A DNA stretch of 51,434 bases, taken from the NCBI GenBank assembly GCA_001512885.1, contig LFSZ01000031.1, forward strand, positions 1-51,434, in the 5' to 3' direction. The notes beneath the pieces were generated by a model. That model searched no databases and was not told the origin of the DNA. It saw nothing but the letters and a program-made list of their open reading frames with translations. The position numbers were made by a program, and so were the translations under genes. Shown here piece by piece: positions 39,361-49,913 of this stretch (the stretch's first letter is position 1; each line of letters starts with the position of its first letter). Source of the stretch: Rikenellaceae bacterium DTU001. GTDB taxonomy: Bacteria; Bacteroidota; Bacteroidia; Bacteroidales; DTU049.

Positions 39361-39377
39361 GTTTATTATTAAAAAAA

Positions 39378-39962
39378 TTATAAAAAAGGATCAATTTTTT
39401 TCTTAATATTCATAATAGCATATCTCATTCTGCCTAAAGCTGTATTGATACTAATGTTTTGAGCCTCTGCAATTTCTCTAAAACATTTATCTTCATTCAT
39501 CCTTAAATATACTACTTGTTTTTGTTTATCAGAAAGTGTAGATACTGCTTGCCGTACCAAATATTTATTTTCTTTTTTTATTAATAATTCTTCTGGTGAA
39601 ATAGAATGATCTTTAGTAATGCTATCGAAGAAATAATTTTCATTATCATCACAATTATTATTAGATATAGCATATTTATTTTGATATCTGAAATGATCTA
39701 CCACTGCATTATGAGTTATCCGAATAATCCATTGAGCAAATTTGCCCTCCTCCCTGTAATTACCAGATTTTATAGTATTTATTACTTTAAAAAAAACATC
39801 TTGAAAAATATCATTAGCTATTTCTTTGTTTTTAACAGAAACTAAAATGTAAGAAAAAATCCTTCTTTGATATCTCTTATATAATTCTTGAAAACTTCTT
39901 TGATCTCCTTGCTTATAAGCAATTACTAATTCTTCATCGCTCATATCAATGTACTCTTTCAT
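39378..39962 (-). CDS. ECF RNA polymerase sigma-70 factor
   Basis: SDEELV, DIFQDVF.K, W..RI.HN..VD.FR and FREIA....ISINTALGRMRYA; start may instead be 39989; TATCTTTG at 40022-40029. Confidence 0.92.
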   Translation of the reverse strand: MKEYIDMSDEELVIAYKQGDQRSFQELYKRYQRRIFSYILVSVKNKEIANDIFQDVFFKVINTIKSGNYREEGKFAQWIIRITHNAVVDHFRYQNKYAISNNNCDDNENYFFDSITKDHSISPEELLIKKENKYLVRQAVSTLSDKQKQVVYLRMNEDKCFREIAEAQNISINTALGRMRYAIMNIKKKIDPFL

Positions 39963-40108
39963 ATTATACAATTTTTTTGATATAAGCATAAAAGTCTTAG
40001 TCGATAGGCAAAAATTTTATACAAAGATAAATAATTTTTTTAATAAAAAAATTATTATTAAAAAAAATTCCAAGAAAATTATATAAATTTGCAATAAATA
40101 AAACTCTA

Positions 40109-40588
40109 ATGAAAAATAATTTTATATTAACAATTTTATTATTGTTTTTATCTCAAGTTTTAATAGGACAAACAATAATATATTATCCTCCTAAAGGAAT
40201 AGTAGAGACAAAATATTCACCTACAGACAATATTTATAATTATCAGGATACATTAGGGATCATTAGTATTCAGATAAAACTAATCTCAAATAGAAATTTT
40301 TATAATTTTAAAGAAACATTTAATCAAGAAAAATTTTTCTTTGATAATCAATTAATACCAATGTTAAAAAATTTTGATTTCACAATCAGCAATAAAACTG
40401 GTATTTTATTAAAAGGTTACATAGAAGTATTGCATAATGAACAAATAATAGAAATAGTTAGAACAACCTTTTTCACTGGAGATAGTAATAATATTGTTAT
40501 ATTTACTGCGGCATACCCTAAAGAAATTGATGAGATTTTTTATTCTCCATTACTAGAATCATTAAGGTCCTTAGAACTAAAAAATTAA
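40109..40588 (+). CDS. Hypothetical exported protein (possibly PsbP/DcrB-like fold)
   Basis: Signal peptide; beta-strands followed by a terminal helix (ESLRSLEL); TAAATTTG at 40084-40091. Confidence 0.6.
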   Translation: MKNNFILTILLLFLSQVLIGQTIIYYPPKGIVETKYSPTDNIYNYQDTLGIISIQIKLISNRNFYNFKETFNQEKFFFDNQLIPMLKNFDFTISNKTGILLKGYIEVLHNEQIIEIVRTTFFTGDSNNIVIFTAAYPKEIDEIFYSPLLESLRSLELKN

Positions 40589-40606
40589 TTTAAATATGAA
40601 ATAAAT

Positions 40607-43357
40607 ATGAAAAAAGCTTTTATCATTTTTTTTATTTTTCTACCATTATTCATTTATAATCAAACATATACTGTACATCATCCTATACCATGGGCATTAA
40701 ATCATCAATATATGTGGGGGCCACAAGGCAGTAGTTGGAATTTAAATTTAAATCAAGATATCTTTCATTTTAATATTAACGAAAATCAAAGTTTTGGATA
40801 TATAGAAGATCTAGGAACTTTAGGACAATGGGGGATAGATTTAAATTTAAATGCTTATTTAGATATAGCATTATCATATTATGCAAGCGGTTTTCATAAT
40901 GGATGGGTGGATATTAATTATCCTGTAGATATTACTCTTACTTTTCCTGATTATGGCACCATAATTCCTGGTCAATGGGCCACTATTTCATCTGATTATA
41001 ATGTTTTACCTAATGCATATTTACACCCAACATTTCCAGATGAAGGTGTGATCGGTATGGATTTTAATTTTGGTGCAAATATTAATCTGGGAGGACAATT
41101 GTGTGCATATAATTGCACATCTTATAATGTTTTTAATATTAATGTACCTTACGATTCAGTAATATTATTGGAATTAAATACATATACAGGCATAGCTACA
41201 TATCCATGTATTTCTGGTGGCTATCCAGATATTTGCTATAGTAATGTTATACCATTAGAAGTAAATGACATTGGAGGAATAGGTCTAGCATTATGGGCTG
41301 ATATACCCTATATATCATCTTATGAGGATACAGTATTGTCTAATAAATGCCTAAAAGCTAGTGGTGTAGACTATTATATGAATTTAACATTAAATTTAAT
41401 TCAATTTATAGAATCTATGGCAGATATTATTGGCGGTTCTACAGGTGACGCTATTTATAATTTTATTAACTCATTAAGTGGAAGCATACAAATATATAAT
41501 GATCCTGATATGACTATAGAATTAAATTATACATTAATAGATCAAGCTAATTTATTTACAAAACACTATCTACATCAAGATTTGACCTTTTGTCCTACTA
41601 TATATACCACATTTTATTTTCCTACACCCGTAGAATATAAAGAAATAGATACTAATAATAATGTGATACAAAGTGGGATAAATGATACTGTTACTTTTAT
41701 AGTGGGTAATAACCTAAATATTTTATGGCCTTGTTTTGGATTAGATAGTTTGTCTACAGGCCCAATATTACATTTTATGAAAAACCAATTTAATAACCAT
41801 GTTTGGGATAGTATTGATTTGAATTTTAATATTATTGGATTAAGCTTTACATTAAATCTTGATATTAATGTATCTAAGGAAGCCATGGTTAATGTACCGC
41901 CTCTATGTGTAGAGATTAGTGCAAATGAAATAGTAAATATAGAGAATAATATAAATAATCTAAAAGATGCAAAGTCACATTACAATTTTCATTTCGGACC
42001 ATTTCTAGATGATACTTTGCATATTACTGATTTTGCATTAACGTGGATGAATGATACTTGGGAAATACTAGGCTTTAATGATTCAATTTTCCAAGCTGAA
42101 TTACTATCATCTGCCCCATCCATAGGGTTAAATATTATTGGAGATACAATTTTGTGCCAAGGTATGCAAAATGGTATTATTTATGCTCAAGTTCAAAATG
42201 GTAGCCCACCTTATAATTTTCTGTGGTCAACAGGTAATAATAATATTACTAATACACCAATAGATTCTATCATAGTAGGTGAGGGTACATATAGTGTTAC
42301 TATTACAGATGCAGGTGGATGTAGTGTGAGTGATAGTATAAATATTTTTAGTAATCCACCTATCAATATTAGCTTAGATAAAATAGATGTATGGTGTAAA
42401 CATGATTCTACCGGTACTATCATGATAATAGCATCAGGTGGTACACCGCCATATTCTTATGTTTTACACCCAAATAATATAAGTAGTACTACTAATATTT
42501 TTGATAGTTTACCTAAAGGTAGCTATATTGTTGAAATAATTGATTCTTATGGTTGTGTAGCCTATGATACTATCTATTTAGTAGAATTATATGAATTGCC
42601 ACCTGTGAATATTATGGCAGAACCTACCATTGGCTGCCAACCACTATATGTACAATTTTATGAAACTAATTATGAATATTTTCCTACTAATCGATATTTA
42701 TGGAGTTTCGGTGATACTATTTATAACCCTTTACATAAATTTAATACTGCAGGTAATATAGATATATGGGTTCAAGTAACTAATGAATTTGGTTGTGATA
42801 CTACAGCTTATTATTCTCAGTTTATCACAGTATATCCAAGTCCACAAGCTAATATGATAATTGATCCAGTTTTAGTTTATGCTACAGATGATCCTACCTT
42901 TACCATACAATGTTATAATCAAAGCTTAGGAGATACTTACATATCATGGGATTTTGGAGATTCTACTACCTCTACTGATGATTTTCCTTCTCATTCTTAT
43001 CAAAATGATGGCACTTACACAGTTACTTTAATCGCTTACAATGAATATGGATGTTCAGATACTATTAGTAGAGCTGTTTTAATGATAGATGATGTTTTAC
43101 AAATACCAAATGTAATAACTCCTAATGGAGATGGTATAAATGATGCATTTATTATAGAAAATATTGATAAATACCCATATTCTACTCTTACTATTTTAAA
43201 TAGATGGGGAAATGTAGTTTATGAAATAAATGGCTATGATAATACCTGGGATGCCAAGGATCAGCCAGGGGGTACTTATTATTACATTTTATATACTGGA
43301 TCTGGACCAAATAATCCTGATAAAGTATATAATGGAACTATTACAATAATAAAATAA
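40607..43357 (+). CDS. Secreted protein: unknown ~500-aa N-domain, SprB repeats, PKD domains, type-B T9SS CTD
   Basis: Signal peptide; G.PPY..W...G.YSVTITDA.GC; WDFGD; IPNVITPNGDGIND...NRWG...WD...GTYYY. Confidence 0.87.
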   Translation: MKKAFIIFFIFLPLFIYNQTYTVHHPIPWALNHQYMWGPQGSSWNLNLNQDIFHFNINENQSFGYIEDLGTLGQWGIDLNLNAYLDIALSYYASGFHNGWVDINYPVDITLTFPDYGTIIPGQWATISSDYNVLPNAYLHPTFPDEGVIGMDFNFGANINLGGQLCAYNCTSYNVFNINVPYDSVILLELNTYTGIATYPCISGGYPDICYSNVIPLEVNDIGGIGLALWADIPYISSYEDTVLSNKCLKASGVDYYMNLTLNLIQFIESMADIIGGSTGDAIYNFINSLSGSIQIYNDPDMTIELNYTLIDQANLFTKHYLHQDLTFCPTIYTTFYFPTPVEYKEIDTNNNVIQSGINDTVTFIVGNNLNILWPCFGLDSLSTGPILHFMKNQFNNHVWDSIDLNFNIIGLSFTLNLDINVSKEAMVNVPPLCVEISANEIVNIENNINNLKDAKSHYNFHFGPFLDDTLHITDFALTWMNDTWEILGFNDSIFQAELLSSAPSIGLNIIGDTILCQGMQNGIIYAQVQNGSPPYNFLWSTGNNNITNTPIDSIIVGEGTYSVTITDAGGCSVSDSINIFSNPPINISLDKIDVWCKHDSTGTIMIIASGGTPPYSYVLHPNNISSTTNIFDSLPKGSYIVEIIDSYGCVAYDTIYLVELYELPPVNIMAEPTIGCQPLYVQFYETNYEYFPTNRYLWSFGDTIYNPLHKFNTAGNIDIWVQVTNEFGCDTTAYYSQFITVYPSPQANMIIDPVLVYATDDPTFTIQCYNQSLGDTYISWDFGDSTTSTDDFPSHSYQNDGTYTVTLIAYNEYGCSDTISRAVLMIDDVLQIPNVITPNGDGINDAFIIENIDKYPYSTLTILNRWGNVVYEINGYDNTWDAKDQPGGTYYYILYTGSGPNNPDKVYNGTITIIK

Positions 43358-43360
43358 AAA

Positions 43361-45721
43361 ATGAAAAAAATCTTTTTTATTACTTATTTGATAATTATTT
43401 TTTGCTTTTTATATATAAATTCATTAAAAGCTCAATTAATTGTAAATATCATACCTAATGATACTTCGATTTGTAGAGGAGATTCTTTGATTTTAAATGC
43501 TACAAGTAATTTACCTTTTACCACATTTCAATGGTCAACAGGAGATAACACTTCATCTATTACTGTTGCACCTGTATCTACAACAACATACGCCGTTACA
43601 GGTACATCTTCCTCAGATGAAACAGCTTCAGCTAGTGTAACTATAATAGTAAAAGACAATCCAAATCTCACATATCATTTAACTACTTCTGTTTTTTGTG
43701 ATGTAGGAGGCATAGATACTATTACAATTAATTCAGATATGCCTGGAACCGAGTATATATGGAGCACTGGAGAGACAAGTGATCAAATAATAGTATCGAT
43801 AGATAGTACTTCAGTTTTTTTTGTTACTGGTACTGCACCTAATGGATGTAGTGCAACGGCTTCAATATTTGTAATGTTAGCTCCAAATCCCACCATAATT
43901 ACCACAAATGATACGATTTGTTTAGGAGAAACTGGCTATATCTCTGTCAGTGGCGATGCGATGGGTTATGAGTGGAATAATGGTAGCAACCAATTTACAA
44001 TATCAGATAATCCTACTATTACAACTACATATACTGTTACAGGAATAAGCTTTTTAGGATGCACTGCATCAGCTACTGCTACAATAGTTGTAAATCCTTT
44101 ACCTACTATTACAATACAAGCTACTGATCAAAATGTATGCCAAGGTTCAGAAACAACTCTAATAGCTAGTGGTGGAATGAATTATGTTTGGTCTAATGGT
44201 GAAACTACTAATATTATAAATTCAATTATTAATCAACAAACCTCTTTTAGTGTAACTGGCACAGATAATAATGGATGTAAAAATTCTGCTACTATACAAA
44301 TAAACGTATACCCTTTGCCAACGATAATAGTTAATGATCGGACTATTTGTATAGGCGATACAGTAACATTGTATGCTCAGGGCGCTAGTACATATATTTG
44401 GAGTAATCAACAAAGTGGTAATTCTATTGTAGTTTCACCTAGCACTACGACTACTTATTCAGTTACAGGTACTGATAATAACGGTTGCACAGGTAGCACT
44501 ATTGCTGTAGTAACAGTTCTTAGTAATCCTGTTCTGATAGTTAATGATACTGCTATATGTGAAGGCGAGAGCGCTACTCTTACAGTTTCAGGTGCTGATA
44601 CATATCATTGGAGTAATGGATTGAATACTCCTAGTATCTTTGTAACCCCCAATCAAACAACTACTTATATAGTAACGGGTTATTTGGGTAGTAGTTGTAG
44701 TGCTTCAGCTAGCATTACAGTTACCATTAATCCTTTACCGAATTTTGAGATTAACACTCAACCTGCATATTGCGATGCATTTAATGGCCAAGCTACGATA
44801 GAACATTTATCTGGTACACCACCATTTCAATATTTGTGGAATACTTACCCACAACAAACTACTCAAGAAATTACAGAATTATGTGGAGGTACTTATTTTG
44901 TTACTGTTGTAGATGCTAATGGTTGCAAAACTACTGGACAAACTTTTATAGAAACTTTGCCACCTTTTAATATTACTAGTAATGTTTTACCAGAGCATTG
45001 CGGTAATAAAGATGGCAGTATCATTATAAATGTAAATGGTAATTTACACCCTCTTACATATTACTGGAGTCATAATCCTAATCTTGACACAAATGAATTA
45101 TATAATTTATCAAGCGGATATTATCATGTAACCATCACAGATGATCTATGTACAAAAGACACATCTATTCGAGTTCCTTATTGGCATGGTCCTAATGCTA
45201 GATTTACTCCTAGCACATATTTATGGTATATGGATGGCGAACCAATTGTATTTTATAATTATACTGTCGGTGCTATTTCTTATTTATTTGAATTTGGAGA
45301 CGGTACTAGCAGCACTGACATTAATCCATCTCATAGATATACTGAGTCTGGAACATTTGTTATAACTCTATATGCTACAGATGAATATAATTGCACATCT
45401 ATATATGTTGATTCTATCACTGTTTTAGAAAATTTTCGAATATTTATTCCTAATGCATTTACTCCAAATAATGATTTTTTAAATGATTATTTTACTCCAT
45501 TTATTCAGGGAATAGATATCGATAGTTACGAGATATTTATTTTTAGTAGGACTGGCAAATTATTGTACCATAGCAAAGATATAAATAAACCTTGGGATGG
45601 TAATATAGTTGACAAAAATGAAAGGAATATCAATCCAAATACATTTTTATATGTTATAAAATTACGTACTATAAATGAAAAAGATAAAATATATCGAGGA
45701 GTTATTAATTTGATACATTAA
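43361..45721 (+). CDS. Secreted adhesin-like protein: tandem Ig-like repeats, SprB, PKD, type-B T9SS CTD
   Basis: About six IC.G....L...Y.WS.G...TTTY.VTG...GC repeats; FEFGDG; IPNAFTPNND..ND...WDG. Confidence 0.87.
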   Translation: MKKIFFITYLIIIFCFLYINSLKAQLIVNIIPNDTSICRGDSLILNATSNLPFTTFQWSTGDNTSSITVAPVSTTTYAVTGTSSSDETASASVTIIVKDNPNLTYHLTTSVFCDVGGIDTITINSDMPGTEYIWSTGETSDQIIVSIDSTSVFFVTGTAPNGCSATASIFVMLAPNPTIITTNDTICLGETGYISVSGDAMGYEWNNGSNQFTISDNPTITTTYTVTGISFLGCTASATATIVVNPLPTITIQATDQNVCQGSETTLIASGGMNYVWSNGETTNIINSIINQQTSFSVTGTDNNGCKNSATIQINVYPLPTIIVNDRTICIGDTVTLYAQGASTYIWSNQQSGNSIVVSPSTTTTYSVTGTDNNGCTGSTIAVVTVLSNPVLIVNDTAICEGESATLTVSGADTYHWSNGLNTPSIFVTPNQTTTYIVTGYLGSSCSASASITVTINPLPNFEINTQPAYCDAFNGQATIEHLSGTPPFQYLWNTYPQQTTQEITELCGGTYFVTVVDANGCKTTGQTFIETLPPFNITSNVLPEHCGNKDGSIIINVNGNLHPLTYYWSHNPNLDTNELYNLSSGYYHVTITDDLCTKDTSIRVPYWHGPNARFTPSTYLWYMDGEPIVFYNYTVGAISYLFEFGDGTSSTDINPSHRYTESGTFVITLYATDEYNCTSIYVDSITVLENFRIFIPNAFTPNNDFLNDYFTPFIQGIDIDSYEIFIFSRTGKLLYHSKDINKPWDGNIVDKNERNINPNTFLYVIKLRTINEKDKIYRGVINLIH

Positions 45722-45725
45722 TTAT

Positions 45726-45974
45726 GATTCTATAACGTTTATTGTGGGTAATAAAATTTTAGATTGTTACAAAAAATAACTATTTTTAATTATTTAGGCT
45801 AATTTTTTTACCACAAAGGGCACTAAGTTATTACACAAAGTTCACAAAGTGCCATTTATAACCCTTTTAATTCCATCTTTCTCGTATGTCTATTTAATAA
45901 AACAATATTAACAAATTCTTTTTTGTACAATTACTCTTTTTTAAATCTTTGCCCATATAAAACGTTATAGAACC
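45726..45974. mobile_element. MITE-like non-coding element with terminal inverted repeats
   Basis: Left GATTCTATAACGTTTATTGTGGGTAA vs reverse complement of right GGTTCTATAACGTTTTATATGGGCAA (13-bp perfect core, 20/24 from TTCT); second pair TTGTTACAAAAAA / TTTTTTGTACAA; no ORF and no TSD seen. Confidence 0.6.
45812..45849 (+). repeat. Four CAC(A/T)AAG heptamer direct repeats
   Basis: CACAAAG-GG-CACTAAG-TTATTA-CACAAAG-TT-CACAAAG. Confidence 0.8.
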
Positions 45975-46073
45975 AAAAATGTTGGCACTATTTAAAATCA
46001 CTAGAAGAAAATTATACATTACTTTGTATATCAAGCTAAATTTTTAATATTGATAATTATCACAAAAAGATAA

Positions 46074-47156
46074 TTAAATCTCTCTATAAATAAGATAAAT
46101 AGCAATAATGATAAAAATAAAATTTGGCAACCAAGCTGCTATAAATGGGGATAAAATACCTGCAACACCATAAGAAACACTAATTTGCTGAAATAAAATA
46201 TATCCGAAGCTTAATGAAAGTCCTATAGCTAAATTTAAACCTAATCCACCCTGTTTTTTATTAATTGATAATGTTACCGCAATTATAGTTAATATAATCG
46301 CTGAAAATGGTGATGCATATCTGTTTTGTCTTTCTACTAAAAGCTCATTTATATTTTCTGCACCTCTTTCTTTTTGTTTTCTTATATATTTATTTAATTC
46401 AGTAAAATTCATAGTCTCTAATAAAGTAGTTTCATAATTAAGATCACTAGGAGTAATTGGTAATATCGTATCTAAGTTTTTGTATCTGGTTAATTGCTCT
46501 ATACTATCTTTTATATTTCTAATGATTACATCTGTCAATTGCCATTTTTTAGAAATTGTATCATAATGACTAAAAGAAGCTATCATTTTATTAGTTACAC
46601 CTTTTTGATAGTCGATTTTATCCATTGATAAAAATCTACCCTCATAATCTTTTACATCCCATGTATGCATATATACAAAATTGTTTTTATCTAATTGCAT
46701 ATGAATATAACTTTCTTTGGTCTGAGGATTTCTTTTTATATATACATTTTCGAAGTTTATTCTACGTTGATTAGCAGGTGGCAAAATAAAATTTTGCAAT
46801 ACAAATGAAAAAATAGCTAAACAAAAACTAACTACTAGATATGGTCTGAGAATTCTTTTAAAATCAATACCGACGCTATACATAGCTATTATCTCTGAAC
46901 GACTAGCTAATTTAGATGTAAAATATATTACTGATATAAAAATAAATAGTGATGAAAAAAGATTTATGAAATATGGTATGAAATTAAAATAATATTCTGT
47001 AATAATAAGTGAAACTGGAGCATTCTTTGCAATAAATTTATCTATTTTTTCAGAAATATCAAAAGCAATAATGATAAAAATTAATAAAGTAATAATTAAT
47101 ATAAAAGAACTAATAAATTTTTTAGCAATATATAAATCTAATTTTTTGATTTTCAT
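46074..47156 (-). CDS. lptG: LptF/LptG family LPS export permease
   Basis: LDLYI, DISEKID, SEIIAM...G....RILRPY and AAWLPN; 3+3 TM layout. Confidence 0.88.
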   Translation of the reverse strand: MKIKKLDLYIAKKFISSFILIITLLIFIIIAFDISEKIDKFIAKNAPVSLIITEYYFNFIPYFINLFSSLFIFISVIYFTSKLASRSEIIAMYSVGIDFKRILRPYLVVSFCLAIFSFVLQNFILPPANQRRINFENVYIKRNPQTKESYIHMQLDKNNFVYMHTWDVKDYEGRFLSMDKIDYQKGVTNKMIASFSHYDTISKKWQLTDVIIRNIKDSIEQLTRYKNLDTILPITPSDLNYETTLLETMNFTELNKYIRKQKERGAENINELLVERQNRYASPFSAIILTIIAVTLSINKKQGGLGLNLAIGLSLSFGYILFQQISVSYGVAGILSPFIAAWLPNFIFIIIAIYLIYREI

Positions 47157-48277
47157 AATCTTTTCATATAAGTATCCATTGCTTTAATATAATATTGATC
47201 GTAGCTACCTTCTAAAATATGATAACGTATTTCGTTCATTAATCTTATGTAAAATGCTAAATTATGATAAGAAGCTATCATAGGACCTAGCATTTCTCCA
47301 GCAAGGAATAAATGCCTTAGATATGCTTTTGTAGTTGTTTGATCTAATTCTAATGGGCTATTAAGATCTATAGGAGAAAAATCCCTACTCCATTTTTTAT
47401 TTTTTATATTAATAATACCTTGAGATGTAAATAATTGACCATTACGACCATTTCGAGTAGGTATTACACAATCAAACATGTCTACACCTAAAGCTACTGC
47501 TTGCAATATATTGGCTGGAGTCCCAACGCCCATCAAATATCTAGGCTTATTATGTGGTAAAATATTATTTACTATTTTGATCATCTCATACATAATATCA
47601 GCTGGTTCGCCTACGCTTAAACCTCCTATAGCATAGCCTAACGTATCAAATTTACTTACAAATAAGGCTGAAGCTTCTCGTAAATCAGAATAAATACTGC
47701 CTTGAACAATTGGGAATAAAAATTGCATATAACCATACAATGGCGGATTATGCTCCAGATAATCAATGCAACGTTCTAACCACTTATGTGTTAAATTTAA
47801 TGAATTTTTGGCATATTCATAATCTACAGGATATGGAGTACATTCATCGAAAGCCATTATAATATCTGAACCAATATATTGCTGTATTTTCATTACTTTT
47901 TCTGGTGTAAATATGTGCTTACTGCCATCTATATGAGATCGAAACTCTACTCCATCATCATTGATTTTTCTAATATTTGCTAATGAATACACTTGATATC
48001 CACCACTATCACTTAGAATGGGACGTTGCCAGTTAATAAATTTGTGCAAACCGCCTGCTTCATACAGTATATCTATACCAGGTCTTAGGTAGAGATGATA
48101 GGTATTTGCCAAAATTATTTGAACTTTTAAAATGTTTTTTAGATCATCCCACATAATGCCTTTCACTGACCCGACTGTGCCTATCGGCATAAATACTGGT
48201 GTCTGCACATTGCCATGTGGTAATCTCAAAATACCAGCTCTCGCATTACCACATTGTGATATAATTTCAAAATTCAT
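47153..48277 (-). CDS. tgt: tRNA-guanine(34) transglycosylase
   Basis: TPVFMP.GT, NTYHL, DSGGYQ, GGLSVGE, YLMGVG and DCVIPTRNGR. Confidence 0.97.
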   Translation of the reverse strand: MNFEIISQCGNARAGILRLPHGNVQTPVFMPIGTVGSVKGIMWDDLKNILKVQIILANTYHLYLRPGIDILYEAGGLHKFINWQRPILSDSGGYQVYSLANIRKINDDGVEFRSHIDGSKHIFTPEKVMKIQQYIGSDIIMAFDECTPYPVDYEYAKNSLNLTHKWLERCIDYLEHNPPLYGYMQFLFPIVQGSIYSDLREASALFVSKFDTLGYAIGGLSVGEPADIMYEMIKIVNNILPHNKPRYLMGVGTPANILQAVALGVDMFDCVIPTRNGRNGQLFTSQGIINIKNKKWSRDFSPIDLNSPLELDQTTTKAYLRHLFLAGEMLGPMIASYHNLAFYIRLMNEIRYHILEGSYDQYYIKAMDTYMKRL

Positions 48278-48312
48278 TATAATTATTAATAAAAAATTAT
48301 ATTAAAAGTTAG

Positions 48313-48320
48313 CAAAATTA
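48313..48320 (-). promoter_or_regulatory. -7 box (TAATTTTG) for tgt-lptG
   Basis: TAnnTTTG match upstream of tgt. Confidence 0.55.
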
Positions 48321-48629
48321 ATAAATATTTAGCTTAATCTAATTAATATTAACCAAATAAATAATTTAGCTTCTAATCTAAAATTTTTTAATCTGTTAAA
48401 TAAATGCTAATCATAAACAATTGAAAAAACAACAATTTACATAATTCAGAATTTAAGGTATTTGAGTTTATTTCGATTTTATATAAAGAGATTAATTGTA
48501 ATTTATTTAAGTTTTTTTCGTAATTTTAATCTATTACTTTCATATTGCATGCTACAAAATACATAATATATGATTGTTCGGAAAAATATTTTTTAGTATT
48601 TTTGTTTACATCCTTTTAATGTAATAATT

Positions 48630-49880
48630 ATGAATATAGCAATACTTAGTATAGGAGATGAGATATTAAGAGGTATAATAGATAATAAGAATGCTTCGTA
48701 TATAGCTAATAAATTATTTATGAATGGATTTAATACAAAAACAATAATATCTATTTCTGATAATTTAGATGAAATAGTAGAAACCCTTAATCAATTATCA
48801 AAATCTCATGAAATAATAATTTCTACTGGTGGCTTAGGTCCTACGCCCGATGACAAAACAATAGAAGCAATAGCAAAATGGTCAGAAGTACCTTTAGTAG
48901 AGAATAATAAAGCCAAGCAATTAATTAAAAATCATTATAAAAAACGAAATGTGCAAATCACACAGATGAGAAAAAAAATGTTTCTAATACCTGAAACCTC
49001 TGAATTATTGCCCAATTCTGTAGGTGCAGCTCCTGGCATAAAAATAACTAAAGGCAATACTACATTATTTGCTTTGCCAGGTGTACCACAAGAAGCACAA
49101 GCTATCTTAGATGAAGCAGTTTTGCCTTGGATTATTCAAAATTATTCACCAGTTATATGGACAACAGCATTAACCTTTAGAAATATTCGAGAAAGTGAAT
49201 TAGCCACATATATTGAATCTAAAATTAATGATTTTGATTTATTGACAGTAGCATATTTACCAAGTTTTGGATATGTACGTATATTATTTTCTGCTAATAA
49301 AGATTATACTAATGATAATAGTTTTAATCAATTTTTAAATGATTTGATATTTAAATATCAAGAGTTTTTTGTATATAAAAGTATTGAAAAACCAGAACAA
49401 TATTTACACAAATTAATGTTAAATACAGGTACAACTTTGTGTACTATTGAGAGTTGCACAGGAGGAATAGTAGCTAGTAAGATAGTATCGAATGCTGGCA
49501 GTTCCGAATATTTCAGAGGTTCATTAATATGCTATTCGAATGAGATAAAAGAAAAAATATTAAAAGTACCCAAAGATATTTTAACTACTAAGGGGGCTGT
49601 AAGCGAAGAAACTGTAAAATATATGGCAGAAAATGGTAAAAATTTATTCAACACAGATTATTCTATCGCTATTAGTGGCATCGCCGGTCCCACAGGAGCT
49701 ACACCAGACAAACCTGTAGGCTTGGTTCATTTTGCTATTTCTACGCCATCAAATATTTATTGTTACAAATTTGTATTTCATGGTAATAGGGAAATAAATA
49801 TAGAATCTGCAGCTAATACAGCTTTACTTTTACTAATCCAACATATTGAATTTTTCAAAATAAATTTTATAAAAAATTAA
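48630..49880 (+). CDS. cinA: CinA family (MoCF-like plus NMN deamidase PncC domain)
   Basis: IGDEIL.G, GGLGPTPDD, LPGVP, ESCTGG, GAVS and SGIAGP.G. Confidence 0.93.
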   Translation: MNIAILSIGDEILRGIIDNKNASYIANKLFMNGFNTKTIISISDNLDEIVETLNQLSKSHEIIISTGGLGPTPDDKTIEAIAKWSEVPLVENNKAKQLIKNHYKKRNVQITQMRKKMFLIPETSELLPNSVGAAPGIKITKGNTTLFALPGVPQEAQAILDEAVLPWIIQNYSPVIWTTALTFRNIRESELATYIESKINDFDLLTVAYLPSFGYVRILFSANKDYTNDNSFNQFLNDLIFKYQEFFVYKSIEKPEQYLHKLMLNTGTTLCTIESCTGGIVASKIVSNAGSSEYFRGSLICYSNEIKEKILKVPKDILTTKGAVSEETVKYMAENGKNLFNTDYSIAISGIAGPTGATPDKPVGLVHFAISTPSNIYCYKFVFHGNREINIESAANTALLLLIQHIEFFKINFIKN

Positions 49881-49913
49881 ATTAAATTTATTATATTTGC
49901 ATAATATTGTAAT

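Noticed and set aside
43400-44760. Recurrent nucleotide repeats that might suggest CRISPR or a DGR template
   Set aside because: They are degenerate codings of tandem Ig-like protein repeats; there are no constant repeat/spacer units and no cas or reverse transcriptase gene.
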